Source: Lama guanicoe
Lineage: Eukaryota
Assembly (NCBI GenBank): GCA_013239625.1
Contig: MU053334.1
Span: forward strand, 693,190-757,189
Direction: 5' to 3'
Length of the DNA stretch: 64,000 nt
Position numbers and translations under genes: made by a program. Shown here one piece after another: positions 22,961 through 35,953 of the stretch. The notes under the pieces were generated by a model. The model was given only the letters and a program-made list of their open reading frames with translations. It was not told the DNA's origin and did no database searches. Every line of letters starts with the position of its first letter. Positions within the stretch are counted from its first letter, which is position 1.

Positions 22961-25636
22961 AAAACACAACTCAGCTGGCTCTGCCCGCAGCCCCCAGGGC
23001 GGCCACCCCCACAGCGGCTAAGAGGATGCCCTGGCTAGCACCAAGAGGAGCCATGAGCAGCTTCTGGGTTTTAAAAACAGGATGAATCTTCAAGGCCTCA
23101 TTAGTGCTGGGCGAGGGGCTGGGGGTCCCTAGGCACAGAGCCATGGGGGCGGCTGGCGAGGTGACACTGGGTCGGGTGTGAGAAGCGGGGCAGAGGGCGG
23201 CTCCTTCCCTCCTCCGCTCCAGCCTGCAGCTGCCCGCGGTGCTCCTGGGAGGCTGGCACAAGTGCCAGGATGGAGGAGGTTCTCACCAGGAGGGATGCTG
23301 GGCAGCCGTGGGAGGGGCACCTGTGAGAAGTCAAGGGCAGCATGGAGACCCTGACAGAGGGTGAGCAAGGCAGGGGGTCAGAGATAAAAGTCAGGTGCTG
23401 GGCAGACCCCAGAGGAAGCCCCCCGGGACACACGGCGGCGCTGTGGGAGGCCTGAGCAAGGAGGAGCCCACGGAGAGGGACGCCCACCTGCCCAAGCCCC
23501 TGCCACACGTCTCCCTCCAGGCGAACTCAGCCCCTGGGCCCAGCCTGAGAGACCAGCTCTGGACGCCATGCCAGGCAAAGCAAGGGCATCTGGGCCATCT
23601 GCCCAGGACCCACCTGTTCGCCAGTCGGGTGGCTCGGCCTAGTCATCGCCGATTGGGCTGAGCAGCCCGCACCCCAGGCACAGGCGTGCCCACCGCCAGG
23701 GCCAGCCACCAAGGCAGCCTAGGCACGGCGGGCCCCCAAGGCTCCTCAAACATCTCTCCCCGCGGGGCTGGGGAAAGCCCCGAGTCCCGGTGCAGCAGGG
23801 CTGGGTGGGGGCCGAACACTGCACGCTGTCACTGGGAGACCCCACCCCTGGACCATGTTCTCACTGGTCTTCACCAGTCCTGGCGACTAGCCCCTTCCTG
23901 GAGCAGAGACTTGGAGGCCGAGGGTGGGGAAGACCCCTGGGCACTGCAAGGAAAGCACAGGGCTGCTTCCTCCCTGGTTTAACAGCCTGGTGGTCAACAC
24001 CCCAAACAAAGCAGTTTCACAAGCCCTGTGTCCCCAGCAACGTAAGAGACTGGCTGAGAGGGGAGTAGGCAAGGCAGAGTGAGGGCTGCGGACACCCCGG
24101 ACCGCCGCCACGCACGCTGGGCACCACGGGGCACCGCTCCAGCCAGAGCTGCAGCCACAACGGGCCACTGGGCTCAGCATGGGTCCTACTCTGATGACTC
24201 TGCCTGTGAGATGAGATGCTCTCCTCCTAACACCTGCCTGAACCTCCACGTCCACCATGAAGCCTTTCTGGACCCCCCGTGGGATGACTGGGCTGCCCCC
24301 TCCTGGGGAGCCCAGCTGGGACATCTGCAATCATGCTGGCCTCGGGGGGTCCTGCCCTCTGTCTTCTGCGGGGCCCTCCCACCATGCACGAGCGCACAGG
24401 GACCCCCCTGCAGCCCTGGCACGCTGTCGGGGACACCACTGTTCCTGTCCTGAACCAACAACCTGGAGGACAGTGAGGCCAGCAGCCCCTGTTTCCAAGC
24501 CCCACTCCTGACGTCACAGAAGGAGAGCGCTGGGGCCTCCACCTGTGACTCCCCAGGAGCCCCAAGTGGCAGGAGAATGTGCTGGTGGAAGAGGAGGGTG
24601 AAACCAAAGGTACCCAGAGACACAGCTCGGAGAGCCCACCACTGTCTCCCCCGAGGCCCACCAGCTGTCACACTTGGCCCTCACCTCAGACACTCACCAA
24701 GAAGCCCGCTCAGCTTGGTGACAATCAGAGAATCAGAAAAGTAAGACGGGCTTTCACTTTAAAATTAAGACTCACCCAAATTACAGGCAAATACAACATT
24801 CCCGTCCTGAAGGAAACCTGATTTCAGCCTATGCTGTGACACCCCATGGGTGAGGACCCCAGCGCTCCTGACACCCCAGTGAGCATGTCCAGGGCCCCGT
24901 CCCTCATGGTGGGGCCAAGCTGTGCCCCCGCCCCCAGGAGTCCCGCAGCACAAGACAGATCTACCGTCCCTCAGGGTCCCGACGGCCCGCGCCCGGACCC
25001 CACGCTCTCCGGAATGCTTGACACAGACGCCTGTACCCTGAGACAGAAGAGGCGCTGGAGTTTCTTCAACCCCTCCTGTGTGGGGCACGGGGAGATCCGC
25101 TGCGGCAGGTCAGGGAAAGGGAGACAACGGGCAGAACCTGCTTTTCTGGTTACACCCCCGACGGCGGTCATGGCCCAGGGCAGGTCTCTGGACAAGGCCA
25201 CTTGTGGACACACTGGTCACCCCGCCCGGAGACAACCGGCTAGACACCTGCCAGTGGCGAAGGGTCTGTCCAGGGGGTTGGGGGCGGGGACAAGGCAAGT
25301 CTGCTGTGGTCCAAGACACGGCTCGGCAGAAAGACGGACACAGGTCACGGGGGCCCCCTGTTCTTAAGGGCCGAACACCCCCCTTCAGAGCTCCCTCTCC
25401 TACGAACAGCAGGAAGTGCAGGAATACAGGGAGAACCTCACTCCAAAAAAGCTCCTGACCAAATCCAGCGGGTTGCCGGGCCGTCTGCAGGCGGGGCTGT
25501 GTCCGCCCTGGGCCCATCAGCCCCTCGGGCCCACCAGGGGCGACTGCAGCATGTGACCTAGGAGGGCTCCTCCGCAGACTGAGCCCTGGGGCAGGGACGG
25601 GGACAGTCAGCACCCCACCACCCCCACCACATTCAC

Positions 25637-25746
25637 CTGAGCACTTTGCCGACTGCCTGAAGCACCATTTTGCAGCTGAGTCCGGCTTTGGGGGCCTGGC
25701 TGAGCAGAGCTCGATCTGCGGGGAGGCCGCTGTGATCTCCCAGCAT
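25637..25746 (-). CDS. MOB2: MOB2 alternative first coding exon (long isoform) MLGDHSGLPADRALLSQAPKAGLSCKMVLQAVGKVL(R)
   Basis: Resembles the recalled N-terminus of the long human MOB2 isoform (MLGDH...CKMVLQAVSKVLR). Donor AG|GTgaat is phase 2, matching exon 2. CCAAT at 25849-25853 lies upstream. Confidence 0.88.
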
Positions 25747-27149
25747 GATGGGGCAGCGCGGAAGTGGGCTGGGAAAGTGGGAGCCACAGCCCCAGCAGCC
25801 GCTCCCTCCCTCCCTGCGCAGCCCTGACACGGAGCCAGCCACCGCCGGCCAATGAGGGCAGGCAGGGGGAGAAAGGAGGGCTCTCTGGGGGCCAAGCAAA
25901 CAGCTGCTCCTTTTACAGCTGAGGGCCAGCCAAATCTGGTTCAAGGAGGGAGCTTCTCGATTGCCTTTTCAAAGTGGCACCGCGCGGGTGCCGTGTGGGG
26001 CAAGGCCACAGCCGTAGGGACGGACACAGCCCACAGAGGGGACCCATTGGCGAGGCCCCAGGGTGGAACTGCGGGAGTCCTTTGAGGGGGCCGGGGAGGT
26101 CCTCTAAGAGCTGGTGAGATGAGAGAGGACCAGGCAGGGCAGCCAGGCTGCAGGGAGACTGTCCGTGTACCATGGAGCGGGGACGCAGACCTGCGGCAGG
26201 TCTCCATTCAGACTGCCCTGGAGAGACAAGGCTGGCTGGCTCCCAGGCGTCCCGGGCAGGTGCCCAGCCAGCACCAGGCAGAGGCTGTTCCTGTCACCAC
26301 CACGAGCAGCATCCCCTTCTCACCACACTGGATGCAGGATGACCCTGGGCGCATGGCGGGGACCCGGGTACATGCTGACTTCTCAAATGAGTCAGTTTTA
26401 CCAACTGTGACGTCATGTCGTCGTCATCTTCCTTCTGTGCCCCGAACTTGCAAGTCCAGATGGTGTCTGGTGAGGAGCCTCCGGGGGGTGGGGACACTCT
26501 CCCTCTGCACAGCTGTCCATCCTGCAGCAGAGGAGGAGGGCCACCACCAGCCTCACCCCTGCGTGCGGACTTCGCCCACCCAGGTTTGCCCACTTTCCTC
26601 ACACTTCTGTCAAACTGACACAAGAAGCAACAGGGGTTTCCAAACAGTGGACGAGTTCTGACGTATGGGCAGAGATGAGGCCCAACAGACACGGGTTCCT
26701 GGCAGGGAGGCAGCACTGCCAGTTGTCACACAGCTTGAAATGTTTCCCTCAGTGACACACCCAGGTCCAAAGAGAGCGCAGAGAGGCTCCCCTGGAGGAC
26801 AGACGCATCAAGCCTGAAAGCACACCCGGGGGCACAGCTGGACGCCCTGCACTGGAGGCCCCCGTACGTGGCTGGTGTCAGAACACCTCTCTCCTCGCCC
26901 CCTCGGTCTCCCCTTTACATCTGTGACTTCCAGCGAAGGACACAGACACGGGTGCTCACGTCCAGCCAGGCACCCTGCCTGCTGCCTGAGCCTCCAGGAA
27001 GCCAGCCCCAGACAAGCACATGCCCCTGGAACACCTGCTCCAAAGGAGTAGGAACCAACACGCAAGTCCTCGTGCACGAACGTGCAAGCCGCCAAGAGCA
27101 CAGTCCAGGGAAGGTGACGACAGGTGTCGGCAGTAGTAGTGGTGCTTAC

Positions 27150-30100
27150 ACCTCAAAAGACGCCAACAAGAAAATGAAAAGACTGGAAGAGCTCTGCAAG
27201 CCATATACCGATACAGGACTTCTGCCCACAACAGAGAAGATACTCTGTAAGGTATCTCCCATAAGACTACCAGCTGATTTCTCAGCAGACACTCTGCAGG
27301 CCAGAAGGGAGGGGCACCCAAAGGGAAGAAAGGGAAAAACCTACAACCAAGAATACTCCACCCAGCAGGGCCCTCGTTCAGACCTGACGGAGAAAACAGA
27401 AGCATCACAGACGAGCAAAAGCTAAGAGCTCAGCACCACCAAACCAGCTTTACAGCTGACACTAAAGGACCTCCTCTAGAGGAGAAGAAAAGGCCACGAC
27501 TAGCAACAGGAAAACTACACAACGGGGAAAGGCTCACGGGGAAGGGCAAATACACAATAAAGGCAGGAGACCATCCACACGCAAGGCCAGTGAGGAGGTG
27601 AACGACCAACATGGTGAAGTCATCTCTATCGGTACAGCTAAGTGACATTCGAAACAATCAGATGTAAAATGTGGTATCAAACGCTAAAATGCATTTGAAA
27701 TCAAGAGATCAGCAATTTAAACAAGCACACATGTATACAGACTGCTACACCAAAACCTCGTGGTGACAACAAGACAGATCTATCATAGATACACACACAA
27801 AAAAGGAGAGGAATCCAAACATAACACTAAAGACAGTCATCAAATCACAAGAGAAAAGAACAAAAAAAAGAAAGAGGGGGGAAAAGACCTACAAAAACAA
27901 GTCCAAAACAATTAACAAAACAATCGTAGGAACATACATATTGATCACTACCTTAAATGGAAAGGGGCTAAATGCTCCAACCAAAAGACACAGACAGACT
28001 GGCTGCATGGATGCAAAAACCAGACCCATATGTACACTGCCTGCAAGAGACTCACTTCAGATCTAGAGACTGAAAGTGAGGGGATGGAAAAAGGTATTCT
28101 ATGTAAATGGAAATCAAAAGAAAACGGGGGTAAGAAGACATATCAGACAAAACAGGTTATAAAACAAAGACCGTTACAAGAGACAAAGAACGCTACATAA
28201 TGACCAAAGAAACACTCCAAGAAGACGACGTAGCTATTGTAAATGCGTATGTACCCAACATACGAACACCTCGATCTAGAAAGCAGATGTTAACAGACAT
28301 AAAGGGAGAAGTTGACAGTAACAGAGTAGTGGGGGACTTTACCATCCTACTTACATCAATGGACAGATCACCCAGACAGAAAACCAATAAGGAAACACAG
28401 ACCTTAAGTGACAAATTAGACCAGATGGACTTAATTGATACTTATAGAGCATTCCATCCAAAAGCAGCAGAACACACGTTCTCAAGTGCACATGGAACAT
28501 TCTCCAGAACAGATCACATGCTGAGCCACAAAACATGCATGCCTCAGTAAATTTAAGAAAACTAAAATCACATCAATTATCCAACCACAGTGCTTTGAGG
28601 CTAGAAATCAACTACCAGAAAAAAAACGGCAAAAACACAAACACGTGGAGGCTAAACAACATGCTGTGACTTCAAAAAAGAAATAAAAACACCTGGAGAC
28701 AAATGAAAATAGAAACACGACGATCCGAAACCTCTGGGACGCAGCAAAAGCAGCTTAAAAGGGAATTTACAGCAACACAAGCCTACCTCAGGACACAAGC
28801 ACAAGCTAACACACAACCTAAACTTACACTTACAGCTACTAGAGAAAGAAGAACAAACAAAACCCAAAGTGAATAAAAGGAAAGAAATTATGAAGATCAG
28901 AGCAGAAATAAATGAAATAGAGACTAAAACACTAAAGAAAAGAGCAATGAAACAAAAAACTGGTTTTCTGAAAAGATAAAATTGATAAATCTTTAGCCAG
29001 ATTAATGAAGAATAAAAGGGACATGGCCCAAATCAATAAAATCAGAAACAAAAAAAAGTTACAACTGATATCACAGAAATACAAAGGACCATAAGAGACT
29101 ATTCCGAGCAAAATGGACAATGTAGAAGACATGGAAGATTTCTTAGACAGGTACAATCTCCCAAGGCCGAACAGGAGAAACAGACACTAGAACAGACCAA
29201 GTGCCAGCACTGAAACTGAATCAGGAATTTAAAACTCCCAACGAACCAAAGTCCAGACGGTTTCACAGGCAAATTCTACCAAAAATTTAGAGAAGAGTTA
29301 ACAACCATCCTTCTGAAACTATTCCAAAAAGCTGCAGAAGGAACATTTCCAAACTCATTCTATGAAGCCACCATCACACTGATACCAAAACAAGACAAAG
29401 AGATCACACAAACAAGAAAACTATAGGCCAGTACCACTGATGAACATGGATGCAAACATCCTCAACAAAAAACTAGCAAACTGACTCCAACAACGTATTA
29501 AAAGGACCATACACCATGATCGAGTGGGATTTATTCCAGGGGTGCAGGGATTTTTCAATATCTGCATTACAAACACATTAACAAATTGAAGAATAAAAAC
29601 CATATGATCATCTCAATAGATGCAGAAAAAGCTTCTGATAAAATTCAACATCCATTTATGATTAAGAAAAAAAAAAAACTCTCCAGAAAGTGGACACAGA
29701 GGAAACGTAACTCCACATAATACAGGCCATATATGGCAAACCCACAGGTAACATTACACACTCAATGAGGAAAAGCTGAAAGCATTTCCTCTACGACCAG
29801 GAACAAGACAAGGATGCTCACTCTTGCCACGTTAATCCAACATAGTTTTGGAAATCCTAGCCATAGCAATCAAAGAAGAAAAAGAATAAAAGGAATCCAA
29901 ATCAGAAAAGAACAAATAAAATTGTCACTGTTTGCAGATGACATGGTATTATACATAGAAAACCCTAAAGGAGCAACCAGAAAACTACTAAAGCTCATCA
30001 GTGAATTCAGAAAATTGCTCGATACAAAATTAATATACAGAAGTCTGTTACATTTCTATACACTAACAACAAACTGTAAGAAAGAGAAATTAAGGAAACA

Positions 30101-32030
30101 ATCCCATTTACCATCCCATCAAAAAAAAAAAAAGAATAGAATTTTTAAGAAACAAAAAAATAAAATACCTAGGAATCAACCCTACCTAAGGAGGCAAAAG
30201 ACCTGTACTCCGAAAACTCTTAAGACACTGATGAAAGAAACTGAAGATGACACAGAGAGAAAGATACACTGTATTCTTGGATTGGAAGAATCAACATTGC
30301 TAAACTTACCATACAACCCAAGGCAATCTACAGAGTCAATGCAATCCCTATCAAACTACCAATGACAGTTTTCACAGAACTGGAACAAAAAATGGGAGAC
30401 TGACCTAGGAAAACATTGCTATTAGTATGGAAACACAAAAAAAGACTCCAAATAGCCAAAACAATCTTGAGACAGAAGAACAGAGCTGGAGGAATCATGC
30501 TCTCTCACTTCAGACTACACTATAAAGCTACAGCAATCAAAACAGTATGGCACCTGCACAAAAACAGACACACCGATCAATGGAACAGGACAGAAAGCCC
30601 AGAAATAAACCCACCCACTTGTGATTAATTCATCTACAAGAAAGGAGGCAAGAATATACAATGGAGAAAAGATATTCCCTTCGGCAAGCGTTGTTGAGCC
30701 ACATGTAAATCAATGAAGTAGAACACTCTCTCACATCACACACAAAAATGAACTCAAAAAGGTTTAAAGACTTAAATATAAGACAGGATACCATGAACCC
30801 CCTAAAAGAGAACACAGGCAAAACATTACCTGACATAAATTGTAGCCATGTTTTCCTAGGTTAGTCTCCCAAAGCAACAGAAATAAAATTAAAAAATTAA
30901 CAAATGAGACCTAATTAAACATATGATCTTTTACACAACAAAGGAAACCATAAACAAAATGAAAAAACTTACAGACTGGGAGAAAATATTTACAAATGAT
31001 GCAACTGACAAGGGCTTAACTTCCAAAATATACAAATAGCTCATACAACTCAACAACAACAACAACAACAAATCCCCAAACAACCCAATCAAAAAACGAG
31101 CTGAAGACCTAAACAGATGTTTCTCCAAAGAAGACATACAGATGGCCAACAGGCACATGAAAATATGCTCAGTATCGCTAATTATCAGAGTACTGGAAAT
31201 CAAAACTACAATGAGGTATCGCCTCGCACCAGCCAGAACGGCCATCATCAAAAAGTCCATGAACGATAAGCGCTGGAGAGGGCGTGGAGAAAAGGGAACC
31301 CCCCACACTGTTGGTGGGACTGTAAACTGATGCAACCACTGTGGAAAACAGTATGGAAATTCCTTTAGAAACTAGAAATAGACTTACCGTATGATCCAGC
31401 AATTCTACTCCTGGGCATGTATCCAGAGAAAACTGCAATTTGAAAAGATACACGCACCCCAGTGTTCACAGCAGCACTATTACAACAGCCAAGACATGGA
31501 AACAACCTAAATGCCCATCAACAGATGAAAGAATAAAGATGCGGTGGTGTCTCATACTAAGTGAAATCAGTCAGACAGAGAAAGATAGACACCACATGAT
31601 ATCACTTACATGTGGAGTCTAAAAAATGAGACACGTGAACTTATTTGCAAAACACCTAGGATGGAATACTACTCACACATAAAAAAGAATGAAACAATGC
31701 CATTTGCAACAACAAAGATGGACCCAGAGATTATCATACCAAGTGAAGTCAGAAAGAGAAAGAAAAATACCATATGCTATCACTTATATGTGGAATCTAA
31801 AATAAAAGGACACAAATGAACTTATTTACAAAACAAATAAACTCAGACATAGAAAACAAACATGGTTACCAAAGGGGAAAGGGCAGGAGGCATAAACTGG
31901 GAGTTTGAGATTAGCAGATACAAGCTACTACGTACAGAAGAGATAAACAAGGTTCTACTGTAGAGCACAGGGAACTAAATTCAAGAGCTTGTAGTAATGT
32001 ATAATGAAAAAGCATCTGAAAAAGAAGTGC
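27150..32030 (+). mobile_element. 5'-truncated, disrupted LINE-1 (ORF1 3' part, ORF2, 3'UTR), antisense to MOB2
   Basis: ORF1 motif PIRLPADFSADTLQARRE; endonuclease VGDFTILLTSMDRS; RT LSLFADDMVLYIENPK; C-terminal MRYRLAPAR...HTVGGTVN. Many stops and frameshifts; A-rich. Confidence 0.95.
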
Positions 32031-33270
32031 TTTTTTTCGTGATCAAAAGCACTGCTCCCAGGGCAGAAGAGCCAGCTTGCAGCTGGGGACGGGGTCCCTG
32101 TCTCTCCTCCCTCCCCGGCCTTCATGAGCCAAGCAGGCACGGAGCCCAGGCCACTGAAGAAAAGGGTGATGCAGGTCCCAGCAAGTCGCCCTGCCCTGCC
32201 TGCTGGTATAAGAGGCTGGCTGCAGGATTCAGCCCAAGATTCCGGGCTCCGGGCACAGGGAGGGGCTCGGAAACCCACGGGGGCAGCCCCGCTCCCGCAG
32301 AGCCTGCTGAGACCTCGCGTGTGGCCGAGACCTCCCCCTGCACCGGCACACTGGGAATCGTTCCCCCCCACAACACTGAAATCCAAGCAAGAAACAGCCT
32401 CTCACTAGAACAGAGCCAGAGAGACGTGGAGGAGCAGCGCTGCGCCGTGGAGGGGTGGGGGGAAGCTTCCACGGGGTGGGGGGGACAGCCCCAGGAAGCC
32501 CAGTGCAGGGCTGGGGAAGGACTTCCTGCCCGCAGCACCCCAAGCCCCAGGCTGTCCCATGTCCGCCCCCAGCAAGGCCACTGTCGCCCCTCTGCTGGAG
32601 CTGCAGACTCGGCAGTGCCCACGGGCCCTCGCGCGCAGAGGCTGAGCGAGCGGCTTCCTGTCACGGACACAGAGGCACTCGGCTGATTCCCGGCCTGTCC
32701 CTGGGGGGCTCATGTGGGAGAAAGCCACTTGCGTCCCGCAAGTCACTCAGAAAAGGGAGGCTGCCAGCCCCTCCTCCTCTGGACCCTCTGCTGGCCAAGG
32801 TCAAAGGGCAGAGGGAGGCAGGCGGCCCCTGTGGTGCACTCCCTTTAACTGGAGGTGCTGCTATCTCCTCTGAAGGCGGAGGGAAGGCGCCCCCCATGGG
32901 AGTGTGGGAAAGTGGCAGGAGAGTCAGCCAGAGATGCTGCAGCCCATCCTTGAGATTCCTCAGGGGGAGACCCTGGCAGCCCCGCTGGCTCCGACAACAG
33001 ACTGGGCTCGGGAGTCGGGAGAAGGAAGGGCTGCAGGGACGTCAGTGACGGCGAGGTGGAGAAAAGATGTGTCCCAAGGCAGAACCAGTCCAGAGAGTAA
33101 AGGAGCGCAGCCGAGGCCACAAAGGGGGAGCCCTTTGAGGATGCACACATCGCCGCGTGGCCTGGACGAACCCATCCCTTCCTCCTCCAAACTCGTCACA
33201 TCACACACTGCACCCTGCAGAATGACGTGGTACGTACACCGCACCCTGACACCACTGATCTCTCTCTCTG

Positions 33271-33308
33271 GCACACGCGCGCGCGCGCGCACACACATAC
33301 ACACACAC
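33271..33308. repeat. (CG)n/(CA)n alternating tract
   Basis: gcacacgcgcgcgcgcgcgcacacacatacacacacac. Confidence 0.9.
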
Positions 33309-33713
33309 TTTCCAGCATGATCCTGAAATCTGGGAGATGAGAGTGGGGCGGACGACTGCAAAGATGGGCCTAGAGGATGCCTGCCCGCCACCTCAACCGC
33401 CAGGGGAAGGCCACGTGGTACTTGTGCCCACAGTCAGGGTGGCTTATGTTACTGGAACCCAATTCACAATGAAATACAAGACTGGGGGGGAGCTTCCCTC
33501 CATGGTTCACGCCTTTTCCAAAAAAAGTTCTCTGAAAGTATGCCCTGCACGTGTAACAAGGAAGGAAGGGTGAAACGACGCTGGAGCGACATGGACATGT
33601 CTGTCGTGCTGACAGCCACCGACAGGCCCGACACGCCAACCACTTGGAATTAGGTTTAATGTGGCTCTTCAGAAACTGAAGCCAGGAATTACTAATTAGG
33701 TAAATTAAGAAGA

Positions 33714-34125
33714 CAGACATCCCTGACTTATGGTTCAGCTTAACGAATTTTTGACTTTATGATTGTGCAAAAGTAACACACGTTCAGTCAAAACCAGCCA
33801 TGGAACGTGGAGCTTTGCTCTTTTCCTGGGCGGTGATCCACACCCCCCGCCCCCCGCTGTGGTGCTGGGGGCCCCAGTCAGCCCCCGATCTCGGGGGACA
33901 ACCACCACCCTGACAACCGTCCACTGCTCAGTCGGAGTACAGGAGTCAGTCAGTGACGCAGACAGTCAACCCCTGAGTACAAAACAGGCCTTGTGTGAGA
34001 CGATGTGGCCCACGTGTGGGCTCCCGGGCATGTTCTGAGCACACTGAGGTGGGCAAGACGAAGCTACGACGTTCGGCAGGCGTACCGAACGCATTTCCAA
34101 CTTAGGCTGAGTCTGTCGGGACGCA
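33714..34125. mobile_element. Tigger4 (MER46/Zombi)-like TcMar DNA transposon fossil
   Basis: cagacatccctgacttatggttcagctta...tttttgactttatgat...atgttctgagcac...agctacgacgttcggcagg matches the recalled Tigger4 layout. Confidence 0.6.
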
Positions 34126-34427
34126 GGGAGAATAGTACCAGTAAAGGCCCCACACAGAGGACGCCCAGTCACACTCCTCTGAAATGAGCCAGTGTTGTCC
34201 GAGCAGCCTCTGGACAGCGACCCAGGATGAGTCTCAGCCCCGGTCCTTCAGCCGCGGCCCTCCCTGCACCCCAGCCATCTGCAGGGCAGCCCTTCCTCCC
34301 ACGGCTGGAGACCCCCTTCCTGTCCCTTCGTACCGGGTCTCCTCAGAAACCTCCCAAAATAGGGTTTGTGGGAAGCAATTTCTTTTTTTTTTGCAGGACA
34401 TGCATGTGAGAAAATGTTTTTATTCTT

Positions 34428-35953
34428 CTGGGACAGAGTGGAGAGGCGGGGCCGGCAGCCAGGCTGCCGGCCCCGCCTCTGACCTCATACAGAGAGGAGG
34501 GGTTCAGGCATCAGTTGGTAGCTGCGTGCAGGGCCCCTACGGGAAGGTTCAGCTGATGTGATGTCCATGTTGGAAATTCTTTCCTGACAGTCTCTTGAAG
34601 ACTATCCTTCAGTTTCCAGGTTGGAATTTTGTTCGGATTCCTGATTTGTTTTTGATTTGCTCCTCTCTCTCACGTTTCCCAAATCCTTTTTGGGTCCCTG
34701 GTGCTCTGAAATGTCACCACCATGTTCCCTGTTGTGGGAACAAGGAACATTCACTGTCTGGGGCACTGGGTAAGCCCGTTCAATCTGAACTCACTTTCTG
34801 TGATTCTGGAAAACTTTCTAGTTGCTTATAATTCCTGCTCTGTGTGGAGTCATCCACTGCTCTGACGGCCATCCCTTTGCCCTCCTGGTCCACACCTGAC
34901 TTTTCCTTCTCCTTGCTGGGAAATACATCTCCTACCTCTTTATCAGGGTTTTAATTTGCTCTCACACCTCTAACTTCCTTCTTTTTCCTTGCGGGATATT
35001 CCTTTTTCGTAGTAGCCTGCTCTCTGCAGCCTGGAGGTCTCTGGGGGAAAGAATGACAGCTCATTTCATTTGGTTGTTTGGTCTCTGTCGTTTCCTGCCC
35101 ACACATTCAACAAAACATCCAGTGATCTGGGCCATCCACTCGCATTTGAAAGTGGACACCAGAAAGCTCCATGACCATGCGTGCGCACTGGCAGGCCGCT
35201 TCAGGGCCGCTCTCCAGGGGCCGTCTGGCGCCCTGGCACGCGGCATGGGGGTTGTCTGCCCCCTACTGTCGGGGCCTGGAGGGCTTTTCTCTTGGGCGGC
35301 CAGACTAACCCTCTTCTGCCCAGGGAGCAGACTGCAGCTGCCAAGGCCTTGGAGACCAGGACTGTCCGGAGTCGCGGTGCTGGGAGGCCCCCAGGCCTCA
35401 CCTGCGTGACAGTGGCCACAGTGCAGTCCTGTGACTCATGCTTTCCAGACCGTAACCCTCTGGGTCAAAGCAAACGGGCGGGGTGGGGTGTCTAGCTGCC
35501 CCTCAGAGGCACCTCCAGACCCTTCAGAGGCTCCTAAACTCCACGAATCTGGGAGCCACCCTGAACTTCCTTGGAAGAAACCAGCTCCCTGCCTGCCAGG
35601 GATTCAGCCTCCTCAGGCCTGCTCTCCTCTCTATCCCCAGGGTCCAGCGTGCGACCCTGCCTGCTGTCTCGTCTCCCGCCCCTGTCCTGGGGTCTCCGCC
35701 TTCCCAGAGCCCTCAGCTCTCCTTCTAGTGGGGCTGTTGGGGGAGCAGGTACAACACACAAGTCCTGAACAGTCTATTCAGGCATCAGGGCCAAGTGCAG
35801 CACAGGGTACCGGCGGACAGCCCATCAAGGGCCACTGTGCTCTCTGCCTTCCCGTAGGGCCCTGCATGCGGCTACCAACTGATGCCTCAACCCCTCCTCT
35901 CTGTGTGAGGCCAGAGGCCTGGCTGCCAGCACTGACTCTCCACTCTTTCCCAG
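34428..35953. repeat. Inverted repeat pair, arms 34428-34547 and 35847-35953
   Basis: The reverse complement of arm 2 (gggaaagagtggagag...cacagagaggaggggttgaggcatcagttggtagccgcatgcagggccctacgggaagg) aligns with arm 1. Confidence 0.92.

Noticed and set aside
27930..31560. L1 ORF2 as an active reverse transcriptase gene or novel RT system
   Set aside because: Fragmented by many stops and frameshifts with no 5'UTR; an ordinary dead LINE-1.
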